Below, piece after piece: positions 16,588-25,102 of a DNA stretch of 39,690 nucleotides (position 1 is the stretch's first letter; every line of letters starts with the position of its first letter). The stretch is from Trueperaceae bacterium (GTDB taxonomy: Bacteria; Deinococcota; Deinococci; Deinococcales; Trueperaceae). The DNA lies in assembly GCA_041655195.1 (NCBI GenBank), contig JBBAFX010000001.1, positions 1 to 39,690 on the forward strand, written 5' to 3'. The notes under the pieces are model-generated. The model searched no databases, was not told the DNA's origin, and was given only the letters and a program-made list of their open reading frames with translations. A program made the translations under genes and the position numbers.

Positions 16588-17912
16588 TGAAGGACGTCAC
16601 CCAGTCGAAGCAGCGCGCCACGGAACTCTGGCGCTTAGCGCACGTGGACGCCCTCACGGGCCTCCCCAACGCGCAACTCCTCGAGGACCGCATCCAGCAG
16701 GCCCTCCTGCACGCTCGCCGTAACGGCACGCAAGTGGCGCTCGCCATCCTTGACCTCGACCACTTCAAGTTCGTGGAACGCACCTTCAGTCAGCGCCACG
16801 GCGAACGGCTCATCATCGAGGTCGCGCGCCGCCTGCGGCGCTCCGTGCGCCGCACCGACACCCTGGCGCGCTTCGGGCCCGACTCGTTCGCGCTGCTCAT
16901 CTGCGACCTGCCCAACGAACGCGCCGCCCTACCGGTGCTCGAGAAAGCCCTGGCGGCCGTGCATGAGCATTACTCCGACGGCTCCCTGACCCTCAAGCTC
17001 TCCGCCACTGTCGGCGTGGATATGCCCGGCACGGGCGTGCGGGCGCAGGGCGTGGTCGTGAAGCGCGCCCTCGAGGCGCTAGCCCGCGCTAAGGAGAGCG
17101 AGCGCGGCAGCTTCAAGTTCTACGACGACGGCCTGAACGCCAAGATGCGCACCCGCCTCTCACTCGAAGCCGAACTGCGGCGCGCGCTGCTGGAGGACCA
17201 GTTCGTGCTCCACTACCAGCCGCGCGTGCAGCTGGATAACGGCGCGATCAACTCGGTCGAAGCGCTCGTGCGCTGGGGTCACCCCATGCGCGGCCTGCTC
17301 AGGCCCGCTGACTTCGTGCCCCTCATCGAGGAAGCGCAGCTCGGACCCCAGCTGTTCCAGTGGACGCTGGAGCGCGCCTGCCGCCAGGCCAAGCGCTGGC
17401 AGAAGCAACGCTCCCCGCGCCGCGTGGCAGTGAACGTTAGCCCCAGCGCCCTCGAGAGTGGCGAGATGACGGACCAGGTACATGACGTGCTGAGCCGTTA
17501 CGACCTGCACCCGGGCCTCCTGGAGCTCGAGATCAGCGAGCGCACCGGGCAGGACACGCTGGACGCCGCCGCCGAGGAGCTTACCGAAGTGCGCTCCATG
17601 GGCGTCCACGTGGCCCTCGACGACTTCGGTATTGCCCACTCGTCGCTCACCCAGCTGCGCGGCCTGCCGCTCGACGGTCTGAAGATCGACCGCAGCTTCA
17701 TCAGTAGGCTCGGCGCGGACACTGGCGTGGAGGAGATCGAGCTGCTGAGGGCCATCATCGCCCTGGGTAAGAGCCTCAAGCTGCGCGTTACGGCCGAGGG
17801 GATCGAGACGAAGGAGCAGAACAGCCTGCTCAGGCGCCTGAACTGCGACGACGGCCAGGGCTTCCTGTATAGTCACCCGGTGCCCGCGGAGTACGTGCCG
17901 GCTTTCGCCTGA
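16350..17912 (+). CDS. C-terminal fragment: rest of PAS2, degenerate GGDEF domain, intact EAL domain (c-di-GMP phosphodiesterase type)
   Basis: Meaningful sequence starts at about 16464 (SHKRVDQYRIVTHGGKVLWVEDF...). The GGDEF-domain hallmark DALTGLPN is present, but the active-site motif is RFGPDSF (16869..16889). EAL motifs: EALVRW (17259..), ELEISE, DDFG, KIDRSF, EGIETKEQ and QGFLYS. Confidence 0.8.
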   Translation: MAPPHRLRPRRSGEERHRGLRARGGPRAAEGAHGCAAASHKRVDQYRIVTHGGKVLWVEDFASRRWRSDEAGITAVYGMMKDVTQSKQRATELWRLAHVDALTGLPNAQLLEDRIQQALLHARRNGTQVALAILDLDHFKFVERTFSQRHGERLIIEVARRLRRSVRRTDTLARFGPDSFALLICDLPNERAALPVLEKALAAVHEHYSDGSLTLKLSATVGVDMPGTGVRAQGVVVKRALEALARAKESERGSFKFYDDGLNAKMRTRLSLEAELRRALLEDQFVLHYQPRVQLDNGAINSVEALVRWGHPMRGLLRPADFVPLIEEAQLGPQLFQWTLERACRQAKRWQKQRSPRRVAVNVSPSALESGEMTDQVHDVLSRYDLHPGLLELEISERTGQDTLDAAAEELTEVRSMGVHVALDDFGIAHSSLTQLRGLPLDGLKIDRSFISRLGADTGVEEIELLRAIIALGKSLKLRVTAEGIETKEQNSLLRRLNCDDGQGFLYSHPVPAEYVPAFA

Positions 17913-17948
17913 CGCGTTCGCCTCCGCCCCCGCGATACCTAGACGTTA

Positions 17949-17976
17949 GCCGGGCGCCCGCCTCACGGGCGCCGGC
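17949..17976 (+). terminator. GC-rich hairpin downstream of the EAL gene
   Basis: gccgggcgcccg / cctca / cgggcgccggc forms an 11-bp stem with one bulged G. No clear T-tract follows. Confidence 0.4.
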
Positions 17977-17996
17977 GTGTTCATATGGGAGACCTG

Positions 17997-20051
17997 ATGT
18001 CCGAGAACCCCCTCCTAGCTACAGATTTCGTCATACCTTTCGACCGGATAGAACCGAAGCACGTGGTGCCGGGCCTGCGTGAGGCCCTGGCGCGTGCCGA
18101 GGAGCGCCTGACGCAGCTCGGCGCCAGCGCCGACACGGACGCGCCGGTCACTTACGAGACCAGCCTGGGAGCGCTCGACGAACTGGCTGAGGGGCTGTAC
18201 AGGCCGTACGGCCTCGTCGCTCACCTGAACGGGGTCATGAACTCCCCGGAGCTCCGGAGCGCCTTCAACGAGGTGCAACCGGAGGTGGTGGCCTTCTTCG
18301 CGCGGCTCTCCGCCGACCAGCGCGTGTGGCAGCTCCTCAAGCGCTTCGCCGAGAGTGCGGAAGGCCAGGCGCTCACCGGCGTGGCCAAACGGCACCTGAC
18401 TAAGACCATGGACGAGTTCCGCCGCGCCGGCGCCGACCTGCCGGACGCTGACCGGCAGCGCGTGGAAGCGTTGCGGGTCGAACTGGCGCGCCTCTCCACG
18501 CGCTTCTCCGAGAACGTGCTCGACGCCACGAACGCCTTCGAGCTGGTACTTGAGGACGAAGCGCAGCTGGCGGGCCTACCCGAGAGCTCCAGGCGGCGCG
18601 CCAAGAGCGCGGCGGAAGCAAAGGGCCTTGACGGCTACCGCTTCACGCTGCAGGCGCCCTCCTACATGCCGTTCATGAAGTACTCGGAGGTGCGCGAACT
18701 CAGGCGCCACATGTACGAGGCGTACTTCGCGGTCGGCGGCGAGGAGCCGCACGACAACAGGCCGCTCGTACGCGAGATCCTCGCCAAGCGCCGCGAGGTG
18801 GCCAACCTCTTAGGCTACGCGGATTACGCCGACCTGCAAACGGAGCCGCGCATGATCGGCTCCGGCGCGAACGCGGCGGAGTTCACCGCGGAACTGACCA
18901 GCAAGACGCGCGCGCACTTCGAGCGTGAAGTGGCGGAGCTGCAGGCGTTCGCCGCTAGCGAGCTCGGTTTAGATGTGCTCGAGCCGTGGGACCTCGCGTT
19001 CGCGCACGAGAAGCTGCGCATGGCGCGCTTTGACGTGGGTGAGGAGGAGCTGCGTCCGTACTTCCCCCTCCCCGGCGTCCTGAAGGGCCTCTTCGACCTC
19101 ACCGAGCGCCTCTTCGGCGTGAAGGTGGCGCCCGTGACGGGCGTGCCGGCCTGGCACGAGGACGTGGAGGTCTACCACCTGACCCATGAGGACGGCACGT
19201 TCCTGGGTTCGCTCTACGCCGACTGGTTCCCGCGCGAATCTAAGCGCGGCGGCGCCTGGATGAACGGCCTGGTGCACGGCGGCCCGACCGCGGCGGGTTT
19301 CGACCCGCACGTCGGCATCGTGGCTGCCAACTTCAGCACCCCCGACGGCGGTGGTCCCGCCCTGCTCACGCACGACGAGGTCGAGACCGTGTTCCACGAG
19401 TTCGGGCACCTGCTGCACCACCTCGTGTCGCGCGTGCCTATCAAGGCGCGCAGCAGCATGAACGTGCCGTGGGACTTCGTGGAGCTGCCGAGCCAGATCA
19501 TGGAGAACTGGACGTGGGAGAAGCAGGCGCTAGACCTTTTCGCCCGCCACGTCGACACGGGCGAGACCATCCCCGCAGAGCTCTTCCAGCGGCTCGAGCG
19601 CACCCGCACGTTCGGGGGCGCCATCGGTCAGATGCGGCAGCTGGCGTTCGGCACGGCCGACTTAGCGCTGCACCGCGACTACGACCCGGCTGGCGCTGAG
19701 GACCCCCTCGAGTTCGCTAAGGGCATCATGGCGCCTTACGAGGTCAGGCCGGAGTTCGCCAGCGGCGCGCGCCTCACGCGTTTCACTCACGTCTTCGCGG
19801 GCGGTTACGCAGCGGGTTACTACAGTTACAAGTGGAGCGAGGTCTTAGACGCGGACGCTTTCAGCCGCTTCCAGGCTGAGGGCATCTTCAACCCCGACAC
19901 GGGTCGCCACTTCGCCACGGCCGTGCTCGCCAAAGGCGACGGCGAGGACTCCGCTCAACTGTTCCGCGACTTCATGGGCCGCGACCCTGAACTAGACGCG
20001 CTCATACGCCGCAACCTGGGGCCGGAACCCGCGGACGTAGCGACCGCCTAG
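17997..20051 (+). CDS. M3 family metallopeptidase (oligopeptidase A / dipeptidyl carboxypeptidase type)
   Basis: Zinc motif FHEFGHLLHH. The N-terminus MSENPLLATDFVIPFDRIEPKHVVPGL resembles OpdA. A GGGAG lies 6 nt upstream of ATG 17997. The track ORF starts at ATG 17985. Confidence 0.92.
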   Translation: MSENPLLATDFVIPFDRIEPKHVVPGLREALARAEERLTQLGASADTDAPVTYETSLGALDELAEGLYRPYGLVAHLNGVMNSPELRSAFNEVQPEVVAFFARLSADQRVWQLLKRFAESAEGQALTGVAKRHLTKTMDEFRRAGADLPDADRQRVEALRVELARLSTRFSENVLDATNAFELVLEDEAQLAGLPESSRRRAKSAAEAKGLDGYRFTLQAPSYMPFMKYSEVRELRRHMYEAYFAVGGEEPHDNRPLVREILAKRREVANLLGYADYADLQTEPRMIGSGANAAEFTAELTSKTRAHFEREVAELQAFAASELGLDVLEPWDLAFAHEKLRMARFDVGEEELRPYFPLPGVLKGLFDLTERLFGVKVAPVTGVPAWHEDVEVYHLTHEDGTFLGSLYADWFPRESKRGGAWMNGLVHGGPTAAGFDPHVGIVAANFSTPDGGGPALLTHDEVETVFHEFGHLLHHLVSRVPIKARSSMNVPWDFVELPSQIMENWTWEKQALDLFARHVDTGETIPAELFQRLERTRTFGGAIGQMRQLAFGTADLALHRDYDPAGAEDPLEFAKGIMAPYEVRPEFASGARLTRFTHVFAGGYAAGYYSYKWSEVLDADAFSRFQAEGIFNPDTGRHFATAVLAKGDGEDSAQLFRDFMGRDPELDALIRRNLGPEPADVATA

Positions 20052-20083
20052 CGCTGACCTCGGTTCGATCTGGTCAGGCTCGA

Positions 20084-20152
20084 CTAGTCGACTCGGCTAG
20101 TCGGGCTCTTCTAGTCGGGCCCGGCTAGTTAGGCTCTGCTAGGTGGCGCTGG
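20084..20152. repeat. five tandem ~14-nt units, each beginning with CTAG
   Basis: CTAG occurs at 20084, 20097, 20111, 20125 and 20139 (ctagtcgactcgg, ctagtcgggctctt, ctagtcgggcccgg, ctagttaggctctg, ctaggtggcgctgg). A perfect 12-bp palindrome tcgactagtcga lies at 20080..20091. The array spans the stop codon (20125..20127) of the minus-strand DUF3810 gene. Confidence 0.85.
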
Positions 20153-21240
20153 TAGAGGACCGCCAGGGCGAGAGCTGTGCCGCGGTCGTACTCCGCCATG
20201 CCACCTGACTCGCCCTGGCTCCGTAAGTAGAGGTCGTAAGCGGCCGTGGCGCCTGGCGTGAGAGCCGCATCTGCGAAGCGCCGAGTGGCCCGGCCGGCGG
20301 CGCGCGCGTCGGCCACGGCCCGTGTGGGCCACTCAGCCATGAACGCGGCCCGCGCCTCCGGCGGCATTCCGGTCGCGAGGTTAGTAGCCAGGCGGAGCGC
20401 GGCGGCGTAGACCACCCGCTGATCGCTGCATTCCAGGCCGGCCACCATGCCTACCGCCTCGGCCTCGGCTTCGGAGGCGTGACCGGCGCTGTGAGCGAAC
20501 TCGTGCAGCGTAACGGCCAGCGCTGATGGCCCTGGCAGGCCCGCGTCCACGTGCGGCTCCAGCAACCACGGCAGCGCCACGCCCGCGAAACCGAAGCGCA
20601 GCAGCAGGCCCGCGGGTAAGTACTTCACCTTCGTTGGCAGCGTGGCGGCTGGATGCTCGGCCCTGAGTTCGCGCGAGAACCGCCCGACGCAAGTCGAGGC
20701 GGCAGCCACCGCCTGCGCCTGCTCGGCTTCGGCGCTGAGCGCGGCGGCGCCAGGTTGGGCTGACCAGTTGCTGCTGCTTCTCAGCAGGCTGAGCACGTGC
20801 GCGCTTACGGCCGCCAGCGCGGCCTCAGAGCTGGCCGCCTGGGTGGTAACGAGCCCGGTCGGTAGAGCCAGCCGGTAGCCGAGACCGAACGTGAACGGGA
20901 AGAGGAGCAGGAGCACGAGGGCCGTCCAGCTCCAGAAGCGCATCACGCCGCGCACGGCCCTCCCGCCTACTGCCAGCATGATGACGAGCGGCACGCTCAC
21001 CAGGAATATGAGCAGTAGCAAGCTCACTGACACCGGCACGGCGTCTATTACGCGCGCCGAGAACGCGGACCATGTCGGCAGCAGTGCGCCCAGATAGAGG
21101 GCTTCCGCCCACGCTGGCGGCCACGGCACTAGGATCAGCGCCAGCCCGAGCAGCAGCAGCGCCAGCTTCAGCCGGCCGCCGCCCCGCCGCACGCGCTGGC
21201 CCAACTGGTTCTTGACCGGATCCTTGACCTGGTGCTTCAC
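20125..21240 (-). CDS. DUF3810-like polytopic membrane protein with an HExxH motif (putative membrane metalloprotease)
   Basis: TM-rich N-terminal half, then HEFAHSAGHASEAEAEAVGMVAGLEC. I place the start at GTG 21240, which overlaps the TGA of the upstream ABC-F gene (GTGA). The 88 extra N-terminal codons of track ORF 20125..21504 lie inside the ABC-F gene and are Gly/Arg/Ala-rich. Confidence 0.7.
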   Translation of the reverse strand: MKHQVKDPVKNQLGQRVRRGGGRLKLALLLLGLALILVPWPPAWAEALYLGALLPTWSAFSARVIDAVPVSVSLLLLIFLVSVPLVIMLAVGGRAVRGVMRFWSWTALVLLLLFPFTFGLGYRLALPTGLVTTQAASSEAALAAVSAHVLSLLRSSSNWSAQPGAAALSAEAEQAQAVAAASTCVGRFSRELRAEHPAATLPTKVKYLPAGLLLRFGFAGVALPWLLEPHVDAGLPGPSALAVTLHEFAHSAGHASEAEAEAVGMVAGLECSDQRVVYAAALRLATNLATGMPPEARAAFMAEWPTRAVADARAAGRATRRFADAALTPGATAAYDLYLRSQGESGGMAEYDRGTALALAVLYQRHLAEPN

Positions 21241-23732
21241 CGCCGCCACCCTTCCGCGCGCAGGAACTCGCCCAGCCCTAGTGACCACCAGCCGTCTCCG
21301 GCCGGTCGCAGGCCCGCGCCGGGTAGCGCGCCAGCGTGGTGGAGCTGCACCGCCTGCGCGCCCAGGCGGGTGAACGCCAGGCGCACCCCCGCGTCGGCCA
21401 GGGCCGCCTTCACGTACGGCAACGCGCACGCCTGCGTGCGCTCCACGAAGCGCAGGTGACCCACGGAGTCCACTAAGCGCACCTCCAGCCACGCCGCCGC
21501 GCAAGACCGCAGCACACGGTCCGGGTCCGGCAGACCCTGGGCGCCGAGCAGCGCCGCGAACGCCTCAGCAGCCACCTGCGTACCCGCGAGGATTCCCTGG
21601 TTGTTGGGAGCGTGCGGCGCCAGCACCACCAGCGCCTCGTGTTCTCTACCCGACCCGGTCGAGGGAACCGCCGGGATGGGCTCGGCGAAGAGGGTGACGC
21701 CACCCTCCCGCAGCCTGTAACTGGGCGCGGGCGCAGGCAGCGTGGCTGCGTAGGCGCTCATGAGCGCCTCCTCGGTCTCCAGTAACGACGTGCGGACTCG
21801 CAACAGGTCCCTCTCCGTCAGGTTCGGCTCTTCGTCCCGCAGGCGCAGGAGCTCGGCGCGGCGCGCCTCGAGTAGTTCCACCGCCGAATCGTTCTGGTCT
21901 CGGCTTGGGTCGCGGCTCTGGTCTCGGCCCGAGCTTTGGTCTCGGTCGCCGCCGGGTTCTAGGGAGCGTTCTGGGTCAGCGCCCGTACCGGGCGGCGTTC
22001 CAGGTTCGGCGGGCCCGTCGGCAGGCGCTGCCGCCAGGGTGGGCGCAGAACCGGCGCTGCCTGTGTTCTCAGGCTCAGAGCCGGCGTCCTGGTCGTGCTC
22101 ACCCCGCAGGTACGCGGTCACGTCCGCGTAGCGCACCACGCTGCCGGCCTCCACAGACCATACTTCCCGCGTCAGCGCTTGAGCCAGGCGCCGGTCGTGG
22201 GTGGCCAGTAGCAGGGCGGCGCCGCTGGCCTCGAGCTTCGCCAGGAGCTGCTCTTCGAGGGCCTCCACTGCGGCCAGGTCAAGGTCGTTGGTGGGTTCGT
22301 CGATGAACCACACGTCGACGTCCTCAGCGAGCGCGAGCGCCAGTCCGACCCGAGCGCGCTCGCCGCCGGAGAGCTCGGATGGGCGGTTGTTCCAGGTGCG
22401 AGTGGCCAGACCTGCGCCGGCCAGCAGGGCGCCGGCCCGCACGCTGCCCACGCGCTCCGTGGCCTGCTCCCACAGGGGTCTGCCGTCCTCCAGGCCCCGC
22501 TCTTCCTGCCCGATATGGCGCAGCTTCAGGCCCGGTGCGAACCGCAACTCCGAACCGGGATCCGCGGAGGGGGTAACGCCTGACAGCAGGGCGAGCAGGG
22601 TGCTCTTGCCGCTACCGTTCGGGCCCAGCAGCGCCACCCGCTCGCCACGCTGCAGGCTGAGCGTCACGTCCGTCAGCACCGGTGGGCTACTCAGGCGCGT
22701 GGCCTCCAGGAGCGTGCGCTCGGCGCGCCGGCCTTGGCCACCGCCTGGGCTGGCCAGGTGGGGCGGAGCGTGCGGCAGCTGCCTTGAGTGAACACCGCCC
22801 TCACCAGCCTGGGTGAGCGCCCGCAGGCTCTCCGACTTCCGCTCCGCTGCGCGCCGGCGTGCGGTCGCCTTCTTGCCGAACCGTGCAAGCTCCGCCGCCA
22901 TGGCCTCCAGGCGGGCGGCCTCCTTGGCGCGTTCACGTTCTCGCTTATGGCTGGCGCGCAGCAGGCCTTCGCGGCGGGCCTTGGCCGTGGTGTAGTGCCC
23001 GGGCTCCAGCACCAGCCGGCTCGGGCCTTGTGCGCTACCTGGAGGTTCGAGGAACGCCGTGCGGTTAGTGCACTCGTCGAGCAGGGCCCGGTCGTGGCTG
23101 ATCACCACCAGCGCCCCGCGGAAGCCAGCCAAGCGGCGCGCCAGGCGCACCCGCGCGGGCAGGTCGAGGTGGTTCGTGGGTTCGTCCAGTAGCAGGATGT
23201 CGGGGTCCGCCGCCAGCGTGGTCGCCAGCGCAAGCCGGCGCCGTTCGCCCGCGGACAGGTGCGCCACCAGCCGGTCGTCGTCTCCTGCTCCGAAGCCCAC
23301 GGCCGCCAGTTCTCGGCGCAGCCTGGCCTCTGCCCCGAAGCCGCCGGCCTGCTCGAAGTCGGCCTGCAGGCGCGCGTACGCGTCGGCCGCCAGCTGACCG
23401 CTGGCTGCTTCGCGCTCGGCCCGCCGCATGCGCTCCTCCAGCTCCCGTACTACCGTCAGGGCGCGGCTGGCGAACTGCCAGAGCGTCAGGTCGCCAGGCG
23501 GCGCTGCGGTCGTTTGCGGCAGGAGCAGCGTCCTCACCCCCGGGGCGCGCTGCAGGCGCCCGGCGTACGGCTCGGTCTGGCCGGCCAGCAGCCTGAGCAG
23601 CGTCGACTTACCGCTACCGTTCGGGCCCACCAGCCCCACGCGTTCGCCTGCCGCCAGACGCAGGTTCAGGTCGACCAGCAGCTCGGCGCCGTCGACCAGG
23701 TAAGTAAGACGTTGTGCGACCAGGAGTTCCAT
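21237..23732 (-). CDS. ABC-F family ATPase (two ABC domains, no TM domain) with a ~285-aa C-terminal extension
   Basis: First Walker A GPNGSGKST with LSAGERRRL and ILLLDEPTNHLD. An Arg/Lys-rich inter-domain linker follows. Second Walker A GPNGSGKST with LSGGERARV and VWFIDEPTNDLD. The extension comprises a low-complexity segment, a predicted helical segment and a ~170-aa domain I do not recognise. Confidence 0.9.
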   Translation of the reverse strand: MELLVAQRLTYLVDGAELLVDLNLRLAAGERVGLVGPNGSGKSTLLRLLAGQTEPYAGRLQRAPGVRTLLLPQTTAAPPGDLTLWQFASRALTVVRELEERMRRAEREAASGQLAADAYARLQADFEQAGGFGAEARLRRELAAVGFGAGDDDRLVAHLSAGERRRLALATTLAADPDILLLDEPTNHLDLPARVRLARRLAGFRGALVVISHDRALLDECTNRTAFLEPPGSAQGPSRLVLEPGHYTTAKARREGLLRASHKRERERAKEAARLEAMAAELARFGKKATARRRAAERKSESLRALTQAGEGGVHSRQLPHAPPHLASPGGGQGRRAERTLLEATRLSSPPVLTDVTLSLQRGERVALLGPNGSGKSTLLALLSGVTPSADPGSELRFAPGLKLRHIGQEERGLEDGRPLWEQATERVGSVRAGALLAGAGLATRTWNNRPSELSGGERARVGLALALAEDVDVWFIDEPTNDLDLAAVEALEEQLLAKLEASGAALLLATHDRRLAQALTREVWSVEAGSVVRYADVTAYLRGEHDQDAGSEPENTGSAGSAPTLAAAPADGPAEPGTPPGTGADPERSLEPGGDRDQSSGRDQSRDPSRDQNDSAVELLEARRAELLRLRDEEPNLTERDLLRVRTSLLETEEALMSAYAATLPAPAPSYRLREGGVTLFAEPIPAVPSTGSGREHEALVVLAPHAPNNQGILAGTQVAAEAFAALLGAQGLPDPDRVLRSCAAAWLEVRLVDSVGHLRFVERTQACALPYVKAALADAGVRLAFTRLGAQAVQLHHAGALPGAGLRPAGDGWWSLGLGEFLRAEGWRR

Positions 23733-23860
23733 GGGTAAGGTCCGGACCGCTGCGTAACGGCCGTCTGGCGGTCATCTTAGCCGCGCACGCGGCGCTGACC
23801 GGTCCTGCGCGGGTCATGTAGACCTCGGCCCAGGGCCCTGAGCGGCGCTATGCTCGCGTA

Positions 23861-24199
23861 GTGAAGCTGTTCACCGGGCGCGGCGCCAACCAACCTTTCG
23901 ACTGCCAGGTCTGCGGCGCTAATGTGCCACCGCTCGCGGGCGGCGGTTACCGCAACCACTGCCCGTACTGCCTGCACTCGCTCCATGTAGACGTGAACCC
24001 GGGCGACCGGGCCAGCGACTGCGGCGGTGTGCTGGAGCCTGTGGGAGTGGAGTCCGGCAAGAAGGGCTGGGTGATCGTGCACCGCTGCCGGCGTTGCGGC
24101 GCCACGCGGCGCAACCGGGCAGCCCTGAACGATCCCGGCGTTAGCGACGATTACGAGGTTCTGCTGGCCATATCCGCCGGTCAGGCGCCCCGCTGGTAG
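23861..24199 (+). CDS. RNHCP domain zinc-ribbon protein
   Basis: The literal motif YRNHCPYCLHSLH is present, along with the cysteine pairs CQVCG, DCGG and CRRCG. GTG start. Confidence 0.8.
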   Translation: MKLFTGRGANQPFDCQVCGANVPPLAGGGYRNHCPYCLHSLHVDVNPGDRASDCGGVLEPVGVESGKKGWVIVHRCRRCGATRRNRAALNDPGVSDDYEVLLAISAGQAPRW

Positions 24200-24264
24200 A
24201 CTCGCGTCACAAGCCCACTGGGTAACGCACGACCGGCGCCGGCCGGTTTCTCCGAGGAGTGAAC

Positions 24265-25038
24265 ATGGCAGTCAAGACCATCGCCCTACACGAGGAGGGC
24301 GGCGCCCTCCGCATAACGCTCGACCGCCCCGAGGTCCTCAACGCCCTCACCTTCGAGCTGCTGGCCGAGCTGGCGGACGCCCTCACGGGCCCCGCGGCCG
24401 ACCCGGCCGTGCGCGCGGTGCTGATAACCGGCGCTGGGCGCGGTTTCTGCGCCGGCGCGGACCTGGCCAGCACGCCGCTTTCTGGCGACATCGGGCAGAT
24501 CCTCGACCGCTCCTACCACCCAGTGGTTCACGCCATAGCAGCCTTAGACAAGCCTGTGGTGGCGGGCGTGAACGGCGTGGCGGCGGGCGCCGGCATGAGC
24601 CTGGCGCTGGCGTGCGACATGCGGTTCCTGGCGGAAGGGGCCTCCTTCTCGGTCGGTTTCACCGGCATAGGGCTGGTCATGGACGCGGGCGGCAGCTACT
24701 TCCTGCCGCGCCTGGTAGGCGTGGGGCGCGCCATGGAATTGGCCGTGTCGAACCGGCGGGTCGGTGCTGCCGAGGCGCTTGCGCTGGGGTTGGGGGAGAG
24801 GATCATAGAAGGCGACTTCCAGGCGGAAGTCTGGGCTGAGGTTCAGAAGCTGGCGCAAGGACCAACTGCCGCTTACGGCCTACTCAAACGCGAGCTGCGC
24901 GCCAGCTTAGATAACGACCTGGGCGCGCAATTGGCGCTCGAGGCCGAGTCGCAGTCGCGCGCCGCCACCACGAGCGACGTTAGGGAAGGCATCCTCGCCT
25001 TCAAGGAGAAGCGCGCTCCCCAGTTCAGGGGCGCCTGA
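24265..25038 (+). CDS. enoyl-CoA hydratase/isomerase (crotonase) family protein
   Basis: Motifs VLITGAGRGFCAGADL, KPVVAGVNGVAAGAGMSLALACD and REGILAFKEKRAPQF. A GAGGAG lies 5 nt upstream of ATG 24265. The track ORF starts at GTG 24259. Confidence 0.9.
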   Translation: MAVKTIALHEEGGALRITLDRPEVLNALTFELLAELADALTGPAADPAVRAVLITGAGRGFCAGADLASTPLSGDIGQILDRSYHPVVHAIAALDKPVVAGVNGVAAGAGMSLALACDMRFLAEGASFSVGFTGIGLVMDAGGSYFLPRLVGVGRAMELAVSNRRVGAAEALALGLGERIIEGDFQAEVWAEVQKLAQGPTAAYGLLKRELRASLDNDLGAQLALEAESQSRAATTSDVREGILAFKEKRAPQFRGA

Positions 25039-25102
25039 TGCGGCTTGGCGGGCACGGCGTAAGCGCGCCAGCGGCGGGCCAGCCAGAGGGAAGGGTGAGC
25101 TG

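Noticed and set aside
20084-20152. The possibility that the short tandem repeats at 20084, 26681, 29677 or 13985 are a CRISPR array.
   Set aside because: The units are 13-16 bp and directly abut each other with no spacers. There is no cas gene in the window. These are simple tandem repeats.
21241-21504. An 88-codon N-terminal extension of ORF 20125..21504, which would give a 459-aa DUF3810 protein.
   Set aside because: The extension overlaps the 3' end of the ABC-F gene in another frame and is Gly/Arg/Ala/Pro-rich. An in-frame GTG at 21240 forms a GTGA overlap with the ABC-F stop and is immediately followed by a basic segment and the first TM helix.
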